From assembly GCF_000025945.1 (NCBI RefSeq), contig NC_006138.1, forward strand, positions 1,590,001 through 1,622,000: DNA of 32,000 nucleotides, read 5' to 3'. Source of the stretch: Desulfotalea psychrophila LSv54. Its GTDB lineage: Bacteria; Desulfobacterota; Desulfobulbia; Desulfobulbales; Desulfocapsaceae. Shown here in pieces: positions 15,960 to 23,718 of the stretch (position 1 is the stretch's first letter; each line of letters opens with the position of its first letter). The notes under the pieces are model-generated. The model saw only the letters and a program-made list of their open reading frames with translations, was not told the origin of the DNA and searched no databases. The position numbers were made by a program, and so were the translations under genes.

Positions 15960-16460
15960 ATGGAAGATAGAGAGATAGAGGCAAGAGATGCCCTGTGGAT
16001 GGGCTATGCCCTCGATGAGGCGGCTCGGGCAGGAGCAAATGGTGAGGTGCCGGTGGGGGCGGTGTTGGTGCAGGATGGTGAGCTGATTGCCACTGGACTC
16101 AATGGCATGATTACCCATAATGATCCCAGCGCCCATGCAGAGATTGTTGCCCTGCGTCAGGCTGGTCAGGTCCTTAACAACTATCGTTTTCCCGAGGCGA
16201 CCCTCTATGTGACCCTTGAACCCTGTATTATGTGTATGGGTGCTATCATTCAGGCCCGGATAAAGCGACTTGTCTTCGCTGCCTTCGATACCAAGACAGG
16301 TGCTGCCGGCTCTCTCTATGATATAGGTAGAGACGGAGCCCTGAATCATCGAGTGGAGATTATGGGCGGTGTTCTGGCAGAGACCAGTGCTGCTCTCTTA
16401 AAAGCGTTTTTTCGCGATCGGAGAAAAAAGCGTAAGAACGGGGGGCTTGATAAGGGCTGA
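15960..16460 (+). CDS. tadA: tRNA-specific adenosine deaminase
   Basis: 166 aa with the CDA-fold zinc motifs HAEIVAL and PCIMCMGA. The context EVPVGAVLV...LYVTLEPC is typical of TadA. AAGGGGA is the SD. Confidence 0.92.
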   Translation: MEDREIEARDALWMGYALDEAARAGANGEVPVGAVLVQDGELIATGLNGMITHNDPSAHAEIVALRQAGQVLNNYRFPEATLYVTLEPCIMCMGAIIQARIKRLVFAAFDTKTGAAGSLYDIGRDGALNHRVEIMGGVLAETSAALLKAFFRDRRKKRKNGGLDKG

Positions 16461-16502
16461 GGGAAAAAGGCTCTTTCAAACGATTTTAAGTGCATTTTTT
16501 TG

Positions 16503-16531
16503 TTGCCAAAATGTCTCAATCAGTTTATAAA
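16503..16531 (+). promoter_or_regulatory. Candidate sigma70 promoter for tRNA-Ser
   Basis: TTGCCA (16503-16508), a 17-nt spacer, then TATAAA (16526-16531), about 26 nt upstream of the tRNA 5' end. Confidence 0.5.
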
Positions 16532-16557
16532 TCGCGCACAAATTGAACAACAGTTGT

Positions 16558-16643
16558 GGAGAGGTGACCGAGTGGCTTAAGGTGCACGCCTGGAAAGCGT
16601 GTGTACGCAAGTACCGAGAGTTCGAATCTCTCCTTTTCCGCCA
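16558..16643 (+). tRNA. tRNA-Ser (anticodon GGA)
   Basis: GGAGAGG acceptor pairs with CTTTTCC (two G-U pairs). The anticodon stem is CACGC/GCGTG with loop CTGGAAA. There is a long variable arm (GTAC-GCAA-GTAC), a T arm GAGAG-TTCGAAT-CTCTC, and an encoded GCCA end. Confidence 0.93.
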
Positions 16644-16655
16644 CGGTTTTTTAAA

Positions 16656-16689
16656 GGCTCGTAACGTTTTCGTTACGGGCCTTTTTTTT
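16656..16689 (+). terminator. Rho-independent terminator after tRNA-Ser
   Basis: GGCTCGTAACG-TTTT-CGTTACGGGCC followed by T8. Confidence 0.8.
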
Positions 16690-17060
16690 GTCTTCTCCTT
16701 GGACTCCTTTGCCCGGGCTTTATTTGAATCTCCTGCCTGTGCCTCTTCTCCTCCATTTTTTTTAAGCACTATGGAACGCTTATCATTCCCTCTTCTGAGC
16801 GCAGCAACCTTTATCTGTATATGATTAGGGTGATTTCTGGCAAGGACCTGTCTGGGCCTTAAATACCCATTTCCCCTGTGCAAAAAAAGTATTGTAAAAC
16901 CGAACAATTCGCTTGGGTTTTTGTCCTTCACTATTTAGGGTGGAGAGTGTATATAACTGGTATGAGGTTTTCTTATTTTTTAAATCAGAAAAATTGATCA
17001 AAAGTATCGCATGGGTTTTCAACTAGAGGTGGGCATTTGGAATCTTTCAAAGGAGATGGG

Positions 17061-18287
17061 ATGAGAAAGTTTTCCCCTTCAATCCTGGTATTAGACGCAA
17101 GCACGGATGGTTACGATATTGTAAAAGAGCAGGCTGCTAAAACTGACTATAATGCTCTTATTAAGCACGTTAAGAACTTTCCGGAATTTTGTGAAGTTTT
17201 TGCCGATGGATCGTGGAATGTTGTGGTAACCCAGTATCAAGTTGACAGCCTTACCGCCTATGATGTCCTTGATTATATTGGGAAATCAGGAAAAGAAGCC
17301 TCCATGGTAATTCTCTCGGAAGATATTCCTGAGGATGAATCCTATGATATCATCTACGCCGGAGCCTGTGATTTTGTTTATAAGGACAGCCCAGAACGCT
17401 TAATGCCGGTTATTTACCGTGAAATACGCTCCCATATCAAAAAGTTACACCATGAGCGCCTACAGAGGGCGGTTGATTCCTTCAGTACCTCCCTGCGTCT
17501 TGCCAATCCTGATAAGTATAATTACTTCCACTCGTTGATGGAGGTGGGGGATAAGAACCTCATTAACACCTTTGACTATCAGGAGGCACTTGGCTTTTTG
17601 CAGGAGAGCGGCGATGTCCAGAACGAGCACTACGAAATTATTCGTCAGGCGGACTTTATGCGCCATATTCCTATCCACCAGGCAGAAAAGGCCTTTAACG
17701 CCTTTGAAGAGAAAGCGGTAAAGGCGGGCGAGATCCTTATGCAGATGGGAAAGCCGGTTGATTATTTTCATATTATTGTGGGTGGTGAGGCTCAGCTTAC
17801 CCAAATTGATATGGAAACCGGTGATCTGGACTCTTCAGCCATCTTGAAGGTGGGAGAGGCGTTTGGTGAAAAGACAATCCTGCAAGGGGGACAGGCAGAA
17901 AGAGGGGTGAAGATGCTTACCGATGGCATTATTCTCCGTCTTGCCGCCGATGTTTTTCAAAAGCTGGTGGCGGCACCGCTGGTGTCCGATGTTGAGGTGC
18001 CCATCGCCAAGGCAATGCTGGACAATTCCTATAAGCTCATTGATGTCCGTCTTGAGGAGGAGTATGAGATGGGTCATATCCCCGGGGCAATACTCATACC
18101 CCTGCACGAGCTTCAGGACAGAATGGACGAGATAGACACCAGTTATCGTTATGTGGTCTGCTGTCGAAGTGGAAGCAGAAGCGCTGCTGCCACCTTTATT
18201 CTTGCTCAGGCCGGTTTTAATGTCCGTAATATGGAGGGTGGAATGCTTGCCTGGAACTATGAGACGGTATCGGAGTATGTCTCCTAG
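17061..18287 (+). CDS. Multidomain signalling protein: receiver-like domain lacking the phospho-acceptor Asp, a cNMP-binding-like domain, and a rhodanese domain
   Basis: N-terminus: a REC-like fold (ILVLDAS...NVVVTQYQV...MVILSED...DFVYKD) with Gln where the acceptor Asp is expected. Middle: a beta-roll cNMP-binding-like segment (KAGEILMQMGKPVDYFHIIVGGEA...VGEAFGEKTIL...ERGVKMLTDGIILRL). C-terminus: rhodanese (LIDVRLEEEYEMGHIPGAILIPL...VVCCRSGSRSAAAT...MEGGMLAW) with the active-site Cys loop CRSGSRS. The ATG at 17061 follows GGAG. Confidence 0.7.
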   Translation: MRKFSPSILVLDASTDGYDIVKEQAAKTDYNALIKHVKNFPEFCEVFADGSWNVVVTQYQVDSLTAYDVLDYIGKSGKEASMVILSEDIPEDESYDIIYAGACDFVYKDSPERLMPVIYREIRSHIKKLHHERLQRAVDSFSTSLRLANPDKYNYFHSLMEVGDKNLINTFDYQEALGFLQESGDVQNEHYEIIRQADFMRHIPIHQAEKAFNAFEEKAVKAGEILMQMGKPVDYFHIIVGGEAQLTQIDMETGDLDSSAILKVGEAFGEKTILQGGQAERGVKMLTDGIILRLAADVFQKLVAAPLVSDVEVPIAKAMLDNSYKLIDVRLEEEYEMGHIPGAILIPLHELQDRMDEIDTSYRYVVCCRSGSRSAAATFILAQAGFNVRNMEGGMLAWNYETVSEYVS

Positions 18288-18352
18288 GACAGCTTAACCA
18301 GACAGACAGAGTTTTATTGCGGACTCTTTACAATATATAAGATAGGAAGAAT

Positions 18353-20152
18353 ATGGAAAGTTTAGGATTAACCACGGATATGCTCATTGTGCTTGGCGTG
18401 GTCGTAGCGACTATTGTCCTCTTTTTAACCGAGTGGCTCCGGGTTGATGTGGTGGCAATACTGGTCATGGTCTCCCTACCCCTGTTGGGTGTTATTGATC
18501 CCCACGATACTTTTAAGGGCCTTTCGAGTAATGCAGTTATATCTGTTATTGCCGTGGTAATTATTGGTCGGGGCCTTGACCATGTCGGGGTGGTGAACCA
18601 ACTGGTAAAACCTATTATTCGGCTGGGTGGACGAAGTCGGGCGAAGATTATTATCCTGAGTTGCGGGGCCATAGGCGTAGTTTCAAGTTTTATGCAAAAC
18701 GTGGGGGCTGCGGCCCTCTTCTTGCCGGCAATGCGTCGTCTCAGTCGTCACTCAGGTATCCCCCTGTCAAAACTGCTCATGCCGGTTGCCTTTTCTGCAA
18801 TCCTGGGTGGTACGGTTACCTTGGTTGGCTCAAGTCCTATGATCATGCTTAATGATCTGATCCGACCCTACGGAATTGAACCCTGGGGCCTTTTTGATGT
18901 GGCTCCAATGGGCCTTGCCCTTGTTGTTTCAGGAATAATTTACTTTGTCCTCTTTGGTAATATCCTTCTGCCGGGAGGTAAGGGTGGGGAAGATGAGGAG
19001 AAGGGGGCCGATGTAAAGACCCACTATCCCAAGGTGGGTGATCTCTGGGAGCTGATGGTCCCGGCTGGCTTTACCGCCTCTCTGGCCATTGATGATCTCT
19101 GTGAAAGCTATGAGATTCAACCCATTGCCCTGCGCATGCCTCAATCGGGAGAGGTGATTGTCTCTCCAGATCGGATTATGATGATTGAGCCCGGCGCTAA
19201 GATAGCTGCCTATGGAGAGGTGGCAAATATGAAGCGCCTTGCCGCTGATCACGGTTTTACTTATCAGTCTGAGGTGGAAAGTTTTTCTCATTATCTTGAA
19301 GAAGATTATGCGGGTGTTGTTGAAGGTGTGGTTGCTCCTCACTCAGCCTTTGTCGGCAGAACCATGCTGGAAAATCGATTTCGCCATAGTCAGCTGATGG
19401 TGCCTCTGGCCCTCACTCAAAACGCTCAGACCATGTACAGCGGTTTTCAGGATAAGGTCCTCAGCGTAGGTGACTCAATTTTGCTGCACAGTAGCTGGGA
19501 CCACTTTCAATCACAGCGACCCCAAAAAAATATACTCTTTGCCCGATCGGTGGATCATGAAATAATGCGACCTGAGCTGGCAAAACGCGCCTTGGCCTCA
19601 TTCGGGGTTGCCATGGCCCTGGTAATATTTGGTTCTCTGCCGCTCTCTGTCTGTTTGATGATTGGGGCTCTGTTGATGATCGTCTCAGGAGTATTAAGCA
19701 TTGATGAGGCCTATCAGGGGGTTGACTGGCGTACCGTCTTTCTCCTTGGTGGACTTATTCCCCTGGGGGGTGCCATGCAGCAGACGGGTACGGCTGCCTG
19801 GATTGCCGATACTCTTCTCGGACTTCTGGGAACGCCTCCCCAGTTTGTCTTTATTCTCTTTGTCGGTGCAATCACCACATTTTTTAGCCTGGTCGTCTCC
19901 AATGCAGGGGCCTGTGTGCTTCTGGTGCCACTGGTGGTTGATATGGCCGGTCGGATGGGGGTTGATCCTCGCCTTGCTGCTATGGTGGTTGCGGTGGCTT
20001 GTTCTAACTGCTTTTTGTTGCCAACCCATCAGGTTAATGCCCTCTATATGGGGCCGGGACGCTATAAGAGCATTGACTTTCTCAGGGTGGGAGCGCCCTT
20101 TACCCTGATTTCCCTCTTTGTTATCACCTGTATGGCTACAGTTTTTTATTAG
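18353..20152 (+). CDS. DASS/SLC13-family anion permease with two central TrkA-C (RCK-C) domains
   Basis: 599 aa. Two hydrophobic halves (LFLTEWLRVDVVAILVMV...; ...LVVSNAGACVLLVPLV...CSNCFLLPTHQVNALYMGPG) flank a soluble ~200-aa insert with two RCK-C-like repeats (LWELMVPAGF...IEPGAKIAAYG and VVEGVVAPHSAFVGRTM...LSVGDSILLH). Confidence 0.8.
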   Translation: MESLGLTTDMLIVLGVVVATIVLFLTEWLRVDVVAILVMVSLPLLGVIDPHDTFKGLSSNAVISVIAVVIIGRGLDHVGVVNQLVKPIIRLGGRSRAKIIILSCGAIGVVSSFMQNVGAAALFLPAMRRLSRHSGIPLSKLLMPVAFSAILGGTVTLVGSSPMIMLNDLIRPYGIEPWGLFDVAPMGLALVVSGIIYFVLFGNILLPGGKGGEDEEKGADVKTHYPKVGDLWELMVPAGFTASLAIDDLCESYEIQPIALRMPQSGEVIVSPDRIMMIEPGAKIAAYGEVANMKRLAADHGFTYQSEVESFSHYLEEDYAGVVEGVVAPHSAFVGRTMLENRFRHSQLMVPLALTQNAQTMYSGFQDKVLSVGDSILLHSSWDHFQSQRPQKNILFARSVDHEIMRPELAKRALASFGVAMALVIFGSLPLSVCLMIGALLMIVSGVLSIDEAYQGVDWRTVFLLGGLIPLGGAMQQTGTAAWIADTLLGLLGTPPQFVFILFVGAITTFFSLVVSNAGACVLLVPLVVDMAGRMGVDPRLAAMVVAVACSNCFLLPTHQVNALYMGPGRYKSIDFLRVGAPFTLISLFVITCMATVFY

Positions 20153-20242
20153 CGGAAAGGGGAAGTGTTTTTGCGCCGGTGAGTAGGAAGCTCGATGCAG
20201 ATCGAGCATCCGGTACGAAAGAGTAGTGCTGAAATGAGGGGA

Positions 20243-20273
20243 GGGAGAGCTTGGCTTTCTCTCCCCTTTTTTT
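20243..20273 (+). terminator. Rho-independent terminator after the DASS permease gene
   Basis: GGGAGAG (20243-20249) / CTCTCCC (20259-20265) with a 9-nt loop, followed by C and T7. Confidence 0.75.
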
Positions 20274-20280
20274 ATGGCGA

Positions 20281-20340
20281 TTAGGGGCTGTTGCAAAATA
20301 AGATGGCCAAAATAGTCATCTTATTTTTTACAGGCCCTTA
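20281..20340. repeat. Arm A of a ~60-bp inverted repeat pair. It contains a bidirectional terminator-like hairpin
   Basis: AAAATAAGATG (20295-20305) / CATCTTATTTT (20317-20327), with T/A-rich runs on both sides. The element starts at the pepF stop codon (20338-20340). It is homologous in inverted orientation to 23647-23708. Confidence 0.8.
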
Positions 20341-22110
20341 GAGACTCTCCACCATCTCTTCGATGACGCCGAGGCCCTTTTGCCAGAAGGCTGGGTCGTT
20401 TAGGTCAAAGCCAAAGGGTTTGAGCAGGTCATATGGCGAGGAAGATCCTCCGGCACTGAGCAATTCAAGGTATTTAGCAACAAAGGCCTCACCCTCTGTT
20501 TGGTAGATGCCGTAGAGGGCAAGGACCAGCAGTTCACCAAAGGCATAGGAGTATACATATCCAGGGGTTGCCAGAAAGTGAGGGATGTATGACCACCAGA
20601 TACGGTAGTTGCTGGTCAGTTGGACAGAGTCACCGAACATTGCCTGCTGGCTGTCGATCCAAAATTGGCTCAACTCCTCATCACTGAGCTCACCCTTCTC
20701 CCGTCTGCCCCTGTGCATGGAATCTTCAAATCGGTTCATGGCTGTCTGGCGAAAGACGGTGGCAAAGATGGACTCCAGTTTTTGGCAGATAAGGGCCTTC
20801 TTCTCTTCCGGGCTACTCAGGAGCTTGAGTTGGGCCTTGAAGACCAGCAGCTCAGCGAAGACAGAGGCAGTTTCGGCCAGAGGCAGGGGCGTGTCGCTAT
20901 TGAAATGGCCCTGGCCAGCGGCCAGTACCTGATGCACTCCGTGACCAAGTTCATGGGCGACGGTTGAGATATCACGGATATTTCCCGTATAGTTGACCAA
21001 TACATAGGGGTGTACTTCGGGTACGCAGGGATGGGCAAATGCGCCACCGCGTTTGGTGTCTTGGATGGGGGCATGTATCCACCCTTTTGCAAAGAACTCA
21101 CCGGCAATTTCTGCCATTTTCGGAGAAAATTCTGCAAAGGATGAAAGAACAATCTCCTTGCACTCCTGCCAGGATGTTGTTCCCGTTGGCAGATGGGGCA
21201 GGGGCGCATAGCGATCGTAGTCGTAGAGCTCTTCCAAACCGAGGATCTCCCGTTTAATATTGTAGTACTTCTCGACAATATCATAGCGGTTGGTCACCGC
21301 ATCCACCAGGGCATCAACGGTACTCTCCTCAAGTTCATTGGCAATGTTCATGGAGGAGAGCCAGCCATCGTAGCGGCGGATTCTGTCGGTGACCATCTTC
21401 TCGGCTGCCAGAGTATTGAAGATATGGGTGAGGATATGCAATTGCGACTGCAGTCCCTCGGTCATCTCCAGGGCGGCGTGCATCCTTGTCTCACGATGCT
21501 CGCTGTAGAGCTCTGTCAGCACCTCCTCTTCGCTGCGTCTTGTCTCGCCAAACTTCAGATGGGCAAATACCTTCTCAAAGAGCGTTGTCCAACTGCTCCG
21601 ACCGGTGATCTCTTTTTCCTGGAGGAGCTGTTCCTCTTTTTCAGAGAGCATATGGGGGCGGTTTTTATTCAATGCTTCAAGGTAGTGGCGATAAAAGGCG
21701 ATTTCCGGGGCGGTCAGGAGCTGGTCAATCCTTTTGCTACTCAGGTGGGTCCACTCCAGTTCAAAGAAGACTATTTCGGCAGAAGAACGGGAGTATTGTT
21801 CATGCACCCGTTGGTCAAGGGCGCCCGCCGTACTGTTGTCCATCTGGGTGGTGAAGTTTAAAAAAGAGTAGGTGCCCAGTTTGGTGAATCTGCAGTCCAG
21901 GGCCTCAAGACGCGCAACGAGCAGGGCCAGGTCGGCAGGAGAAATGGTGGCGATTTTTCCACTCCACTCTTCCCGCAGGGCTATTGCCTCTCCGCTACAC
22001 CAGTTAAGGTCGGTCTCTATCTGTGGATCATTCGGGCTTTGGTAAAGGTCCTGGAGGTTCCAGATAATGTCTGTTGTCTGCAGGTTTTTGTTTAAGGTGC
22101 TGCTCTCCAT
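20338..22110 (-). CDS. pepF: Oligoendopeptidase F (M3B metallopeptidase)
   Basis: 590 aa from MESSTLNKNLQTTDIIWNLQDLY. It has the zinc motif HELGHGVH with a downstream E (LAETASVFAE). The ATG at 22110 is preceded by GGAG (6-nt spacer). The track start at 22158 is unsupported. Confidence 0.88.
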   Translation of the reverse strand: MESSTLNKNLQTTDIIWNLQDLYQSPNDPQIETDLNWCSGEAIALREEWSGKIATISPADLALLVARLEALDCRFTKLGTYSFLNFTTQMDNSTAGALDQRVHEQYSRSSAEIVFFELEWTHLSSKRIDQLLTAPEIAFYRHYLEALNKNRPHMLSEKEEQLLQEKEITGRSSWTTLFEKVFAHLKFGETRRSEEEVLTELYSEHRETRMHAALEMTEGLQSQLHILTHIFNTLAAEKMVTDRIRRYDGWLSSMNIANELEESTVDALVDAVTNRYDIVEKYYNIKREILGLEELYDYDRYAPLPHLPTGTTSWQECKEIVLSSFAEFSPKMAEIAGEFFAKGWIHAPIQDTKRGGAFAHPCVPEVHPYVLVNYTGNIRDISTVAHELGHGVHQVLAAGQGHFNSDTPLPLAETASVFAELLVFKAQLKLLSSPEEKKALICQKLESIFATVFRQTAMNRFEDSMHRGRREKGELSDEELSQFWIDSQQAMFGDSVQLTSNYRIWWSYIPHFLATPGYVYSYAFGELLVLALYGIYQTEGEAFVAKYLELLSAGGSSSPYDLLKPFGFDLNDPAFWQKGLGVIEEMVESL

Positions 22111-22232
22111 ATATTGCTCCTTTGGCTGATGTGGGATGTTTAAAACTGTAAATTTCACTCCGATCAGCTAAGCCTTAACTCTCTGGGCCAGCTGATCTGT
22201 TGAAAGGCTTACGCGCAATTTCCCCTATGTTT

Positions 22233-23567
22233 TTACTGAGGGCAAGGTTCTAATAATACCACATTTTCTATGTGATATGTCTGGGGAAACATATCAATGG
22301 GCTGTATTTTTTTTATTTGAAAGCCCTGTTTGCTCAGTTCTGCCAGGTCCCGGGTCAGGGTTGCAGGGTCGCAGGAGATGTAGATAAGGCGTTTTTGGCA
22401 GAGCTTGGCCAGTTGGCCGGCAAGTTCGGGTGCTCCCTGTCGTGGCGGATCGATGATCACACAGTCGTAAACCCTCTTGTCGGCGATCAGCTCCGCGCAG
22501 GCCTTATGCACAGGTTTTTGGTAGAAGCTGCAGTTATCAAGCCCATTGTTCAGGGCATTTTTCTTAGCAGAGCGGATGGCAGATCCCTGTCCTTCAAAAC
22601 CGGTGACAGCTTTGGCCTGACAGGCGAGGGGGATGGAGAAATTTCCCATCCCACAAAAAAGATCGAGTACGCTTTCCTCATCTCTTATGTCAGCAAATGC
22701 CAGAACCGTCTCTATCATCTGCACATTTTGCTTTATGTTGACCTGGCAGAATCCGTTTACCTCCCACTGCATGCTGATCTTCTTGCCGGCAAGGGCCTGG
22801 GGCTTGTAGTCCAGGGAGAGTACTTTTCCCTCCTCCGGGGTTTTGCAGTAGGCAGATTGGAGCGGAAAGTTTTCGCCGATGAAATAGATACAGTCAACGC
22901 TTGCAATCTTCTCTCCTAATCGCTTTGCCCTGTTTGTATCAGCTGGTCTGCTCTTTCTCTTTAGGAGGTAGACAAGCTGTACCTGTTCTGTTGCGGGGTT
23001 GAGGATCAGTTCCAGTTGGGAGGCAAGCTGGCAAATTTCACCATGCTCTTCGTGTTCCTCAAGGGCCGTTAATACCTCGTTGATCTGTGGGCTTGCCAAC
23101 AGGCACTTTTTGATGGCTATTATGTCATGGGACTGGTGCTGGCGAAATCCCATTCTGCCGTACTCGTCTATATGCAGTCTGATCCGCTGGCGGTAGAAAA
23201 AATCCTGGGGCGAGGCAATGGGGGCCTGAATGAGGGCAGAGGCCTTTGCCAGCTCAGGCTTGCCGCTTCTTGTCAGTGACTCTTTGACGATCGCCTCTTT
23301 TATTTCCAGTTGCAGCTCAGCCGTGGCGTGCTGCAGGTTACAGCCGCCACAATTTCTTATATAGGGACAGGGTGGCGTAATTCGTCCATCGTGGGCTGTG
23401 ACAATTTTTTTTATTTTGCCGGTGGCATAACCCTTTTTATCCTGGTGGATGGTTGTCTGTATTTCTTCTCCGGGAAGAGTGCCGGGGATGAGAACAATCT
23501 TTCCCTCATCGGTTTTGGTCAAACCATAACCGCCGTTAATTACTTTTTCTATTGTTAAAAGAGGCAT
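22233..23567 (-). CDS. rlmD: RumA/RlmD-type 23S rRNA (uracil-C5)-methyltransferase (TRAM domain, 4Fe-4S Cys cluster, SAM MTase)
   Basis: 444 aa. N-terminal TRAM-like beta barrel (LTIEKVINGGYGLTK...GKIKKIV), Cys cluster CPYIRNCGGC, SAM motif VLDLFCGMGNFSIPLA, catalytic region IIDPPRQG...YISCDPATLTRDL, and C-terminus DMFPQTYHIENVVLLE. Confidence 0.85.
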   Translation of the reverse strand: MPLLTIEKVINGGYGLTKTDEGKIVLIPGTLPGEEIQTTIHQDKKGYATGKIKKIVTAHDGRITPPCPYIRNCGGCNLQHATAELQLEIKEAIVKESLTRSGKPELAKASALIQAPIASPQDFFYRQRIRLHIDEYGRMGFRQHQSHDIIAIKKCLLASPQINEVLTALEEHEEHGEICQLASQLELILNPATEQVQLVYLLKRKSRPADTNRAKRLGEKIASVDCIYFIGENFPLQSAYCKTPEEGKVLSLDYKPQALAGKKISMQWEVNGFCQVNIKQNVQMIETVLAFADIRDEESVLDLFCGMGNFSIPLACQAKAVTGFEGQGSAIRSAKKNALNNGLDNCSFYQKPVHKACAELIADKRVYDCVIIDPPRQGAPELAGQLAKLCQKRLIYISCDPATLTRDLAELSKQGFQIKKIQPIDMFPQTYHIENVVLLEPCPQ

Positions 23568-23646
23568 AATCAGTTTTTAAATGGTGACAGGTTGTGTACA
23601 ATAGTACCAATTAGTGGTGGACAAACTATTACTTATACGAGGACTT

Positions 23647-23708
23647 TAGGGCCTGTCAGAAAAATAACATGAACATTTTGGCCATCTTATTTTGTAACAG
23701 ACCCTGAG
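23647..23708. repeat. Arm B of the inverted repeat pair (imperfect hairpin copy) in the rlmD/tamA divergent spacer
   Basis: TAGGGCCTGTCAGAAAAATAACATGAACATTTTGGCCATCTTATTTTGTAACAGACCCTGAG. The 20-mer ATTTTGGCCATCTTATTTTG (23675-23694) is the exact reverse complement of 20294-20313. Confidence 0.8.
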
Positions 23709-23718
23709 CTCCTTATAC

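Noticed and set aside
16723-16737. TTTGAATCTCCTGCC resembles the 3' part of tRNA-Ser (TTCGAATCTCTCCTT), so it could be an att-site remnant of an integrated element
   Set aside because: Only about 10-11 of 15 positions match, there is no integrase or other mobile gene downstream, and the flanking genes look like core genes.
16838-16853. Sigma54-like element TGGCAAGGACCTGTCT upstream of the REC/cNMP/rhodanese gene
   Set aside because: The -24 half is good, but the -12 half reads TGTC instead of TTGC, so the critical GC is missing. It also lies about 200 nt from the start codon. Similar near-misses at about 23582 (TGGTGACAGGTTGT) and about 30447 have wrong spacing.
16476-16931. 151-aa minus-strand ORF and the 93-aa plus-strand ORF 16543-16824
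   Set aside because: Both run straight through tRNA-Ser and its terminator, and the translations are basic low-complexity sequence.
16825-17022. 65-aa minus-strand ORF in the 370-nt gap after tRNA-Ser
   Set aside because: No Shine-Dalgarno (the upstream sequence is CCTCTAG), no recognisable fold or TM pattern, and an AT-rich intergenic context. Not supportable as a gene.
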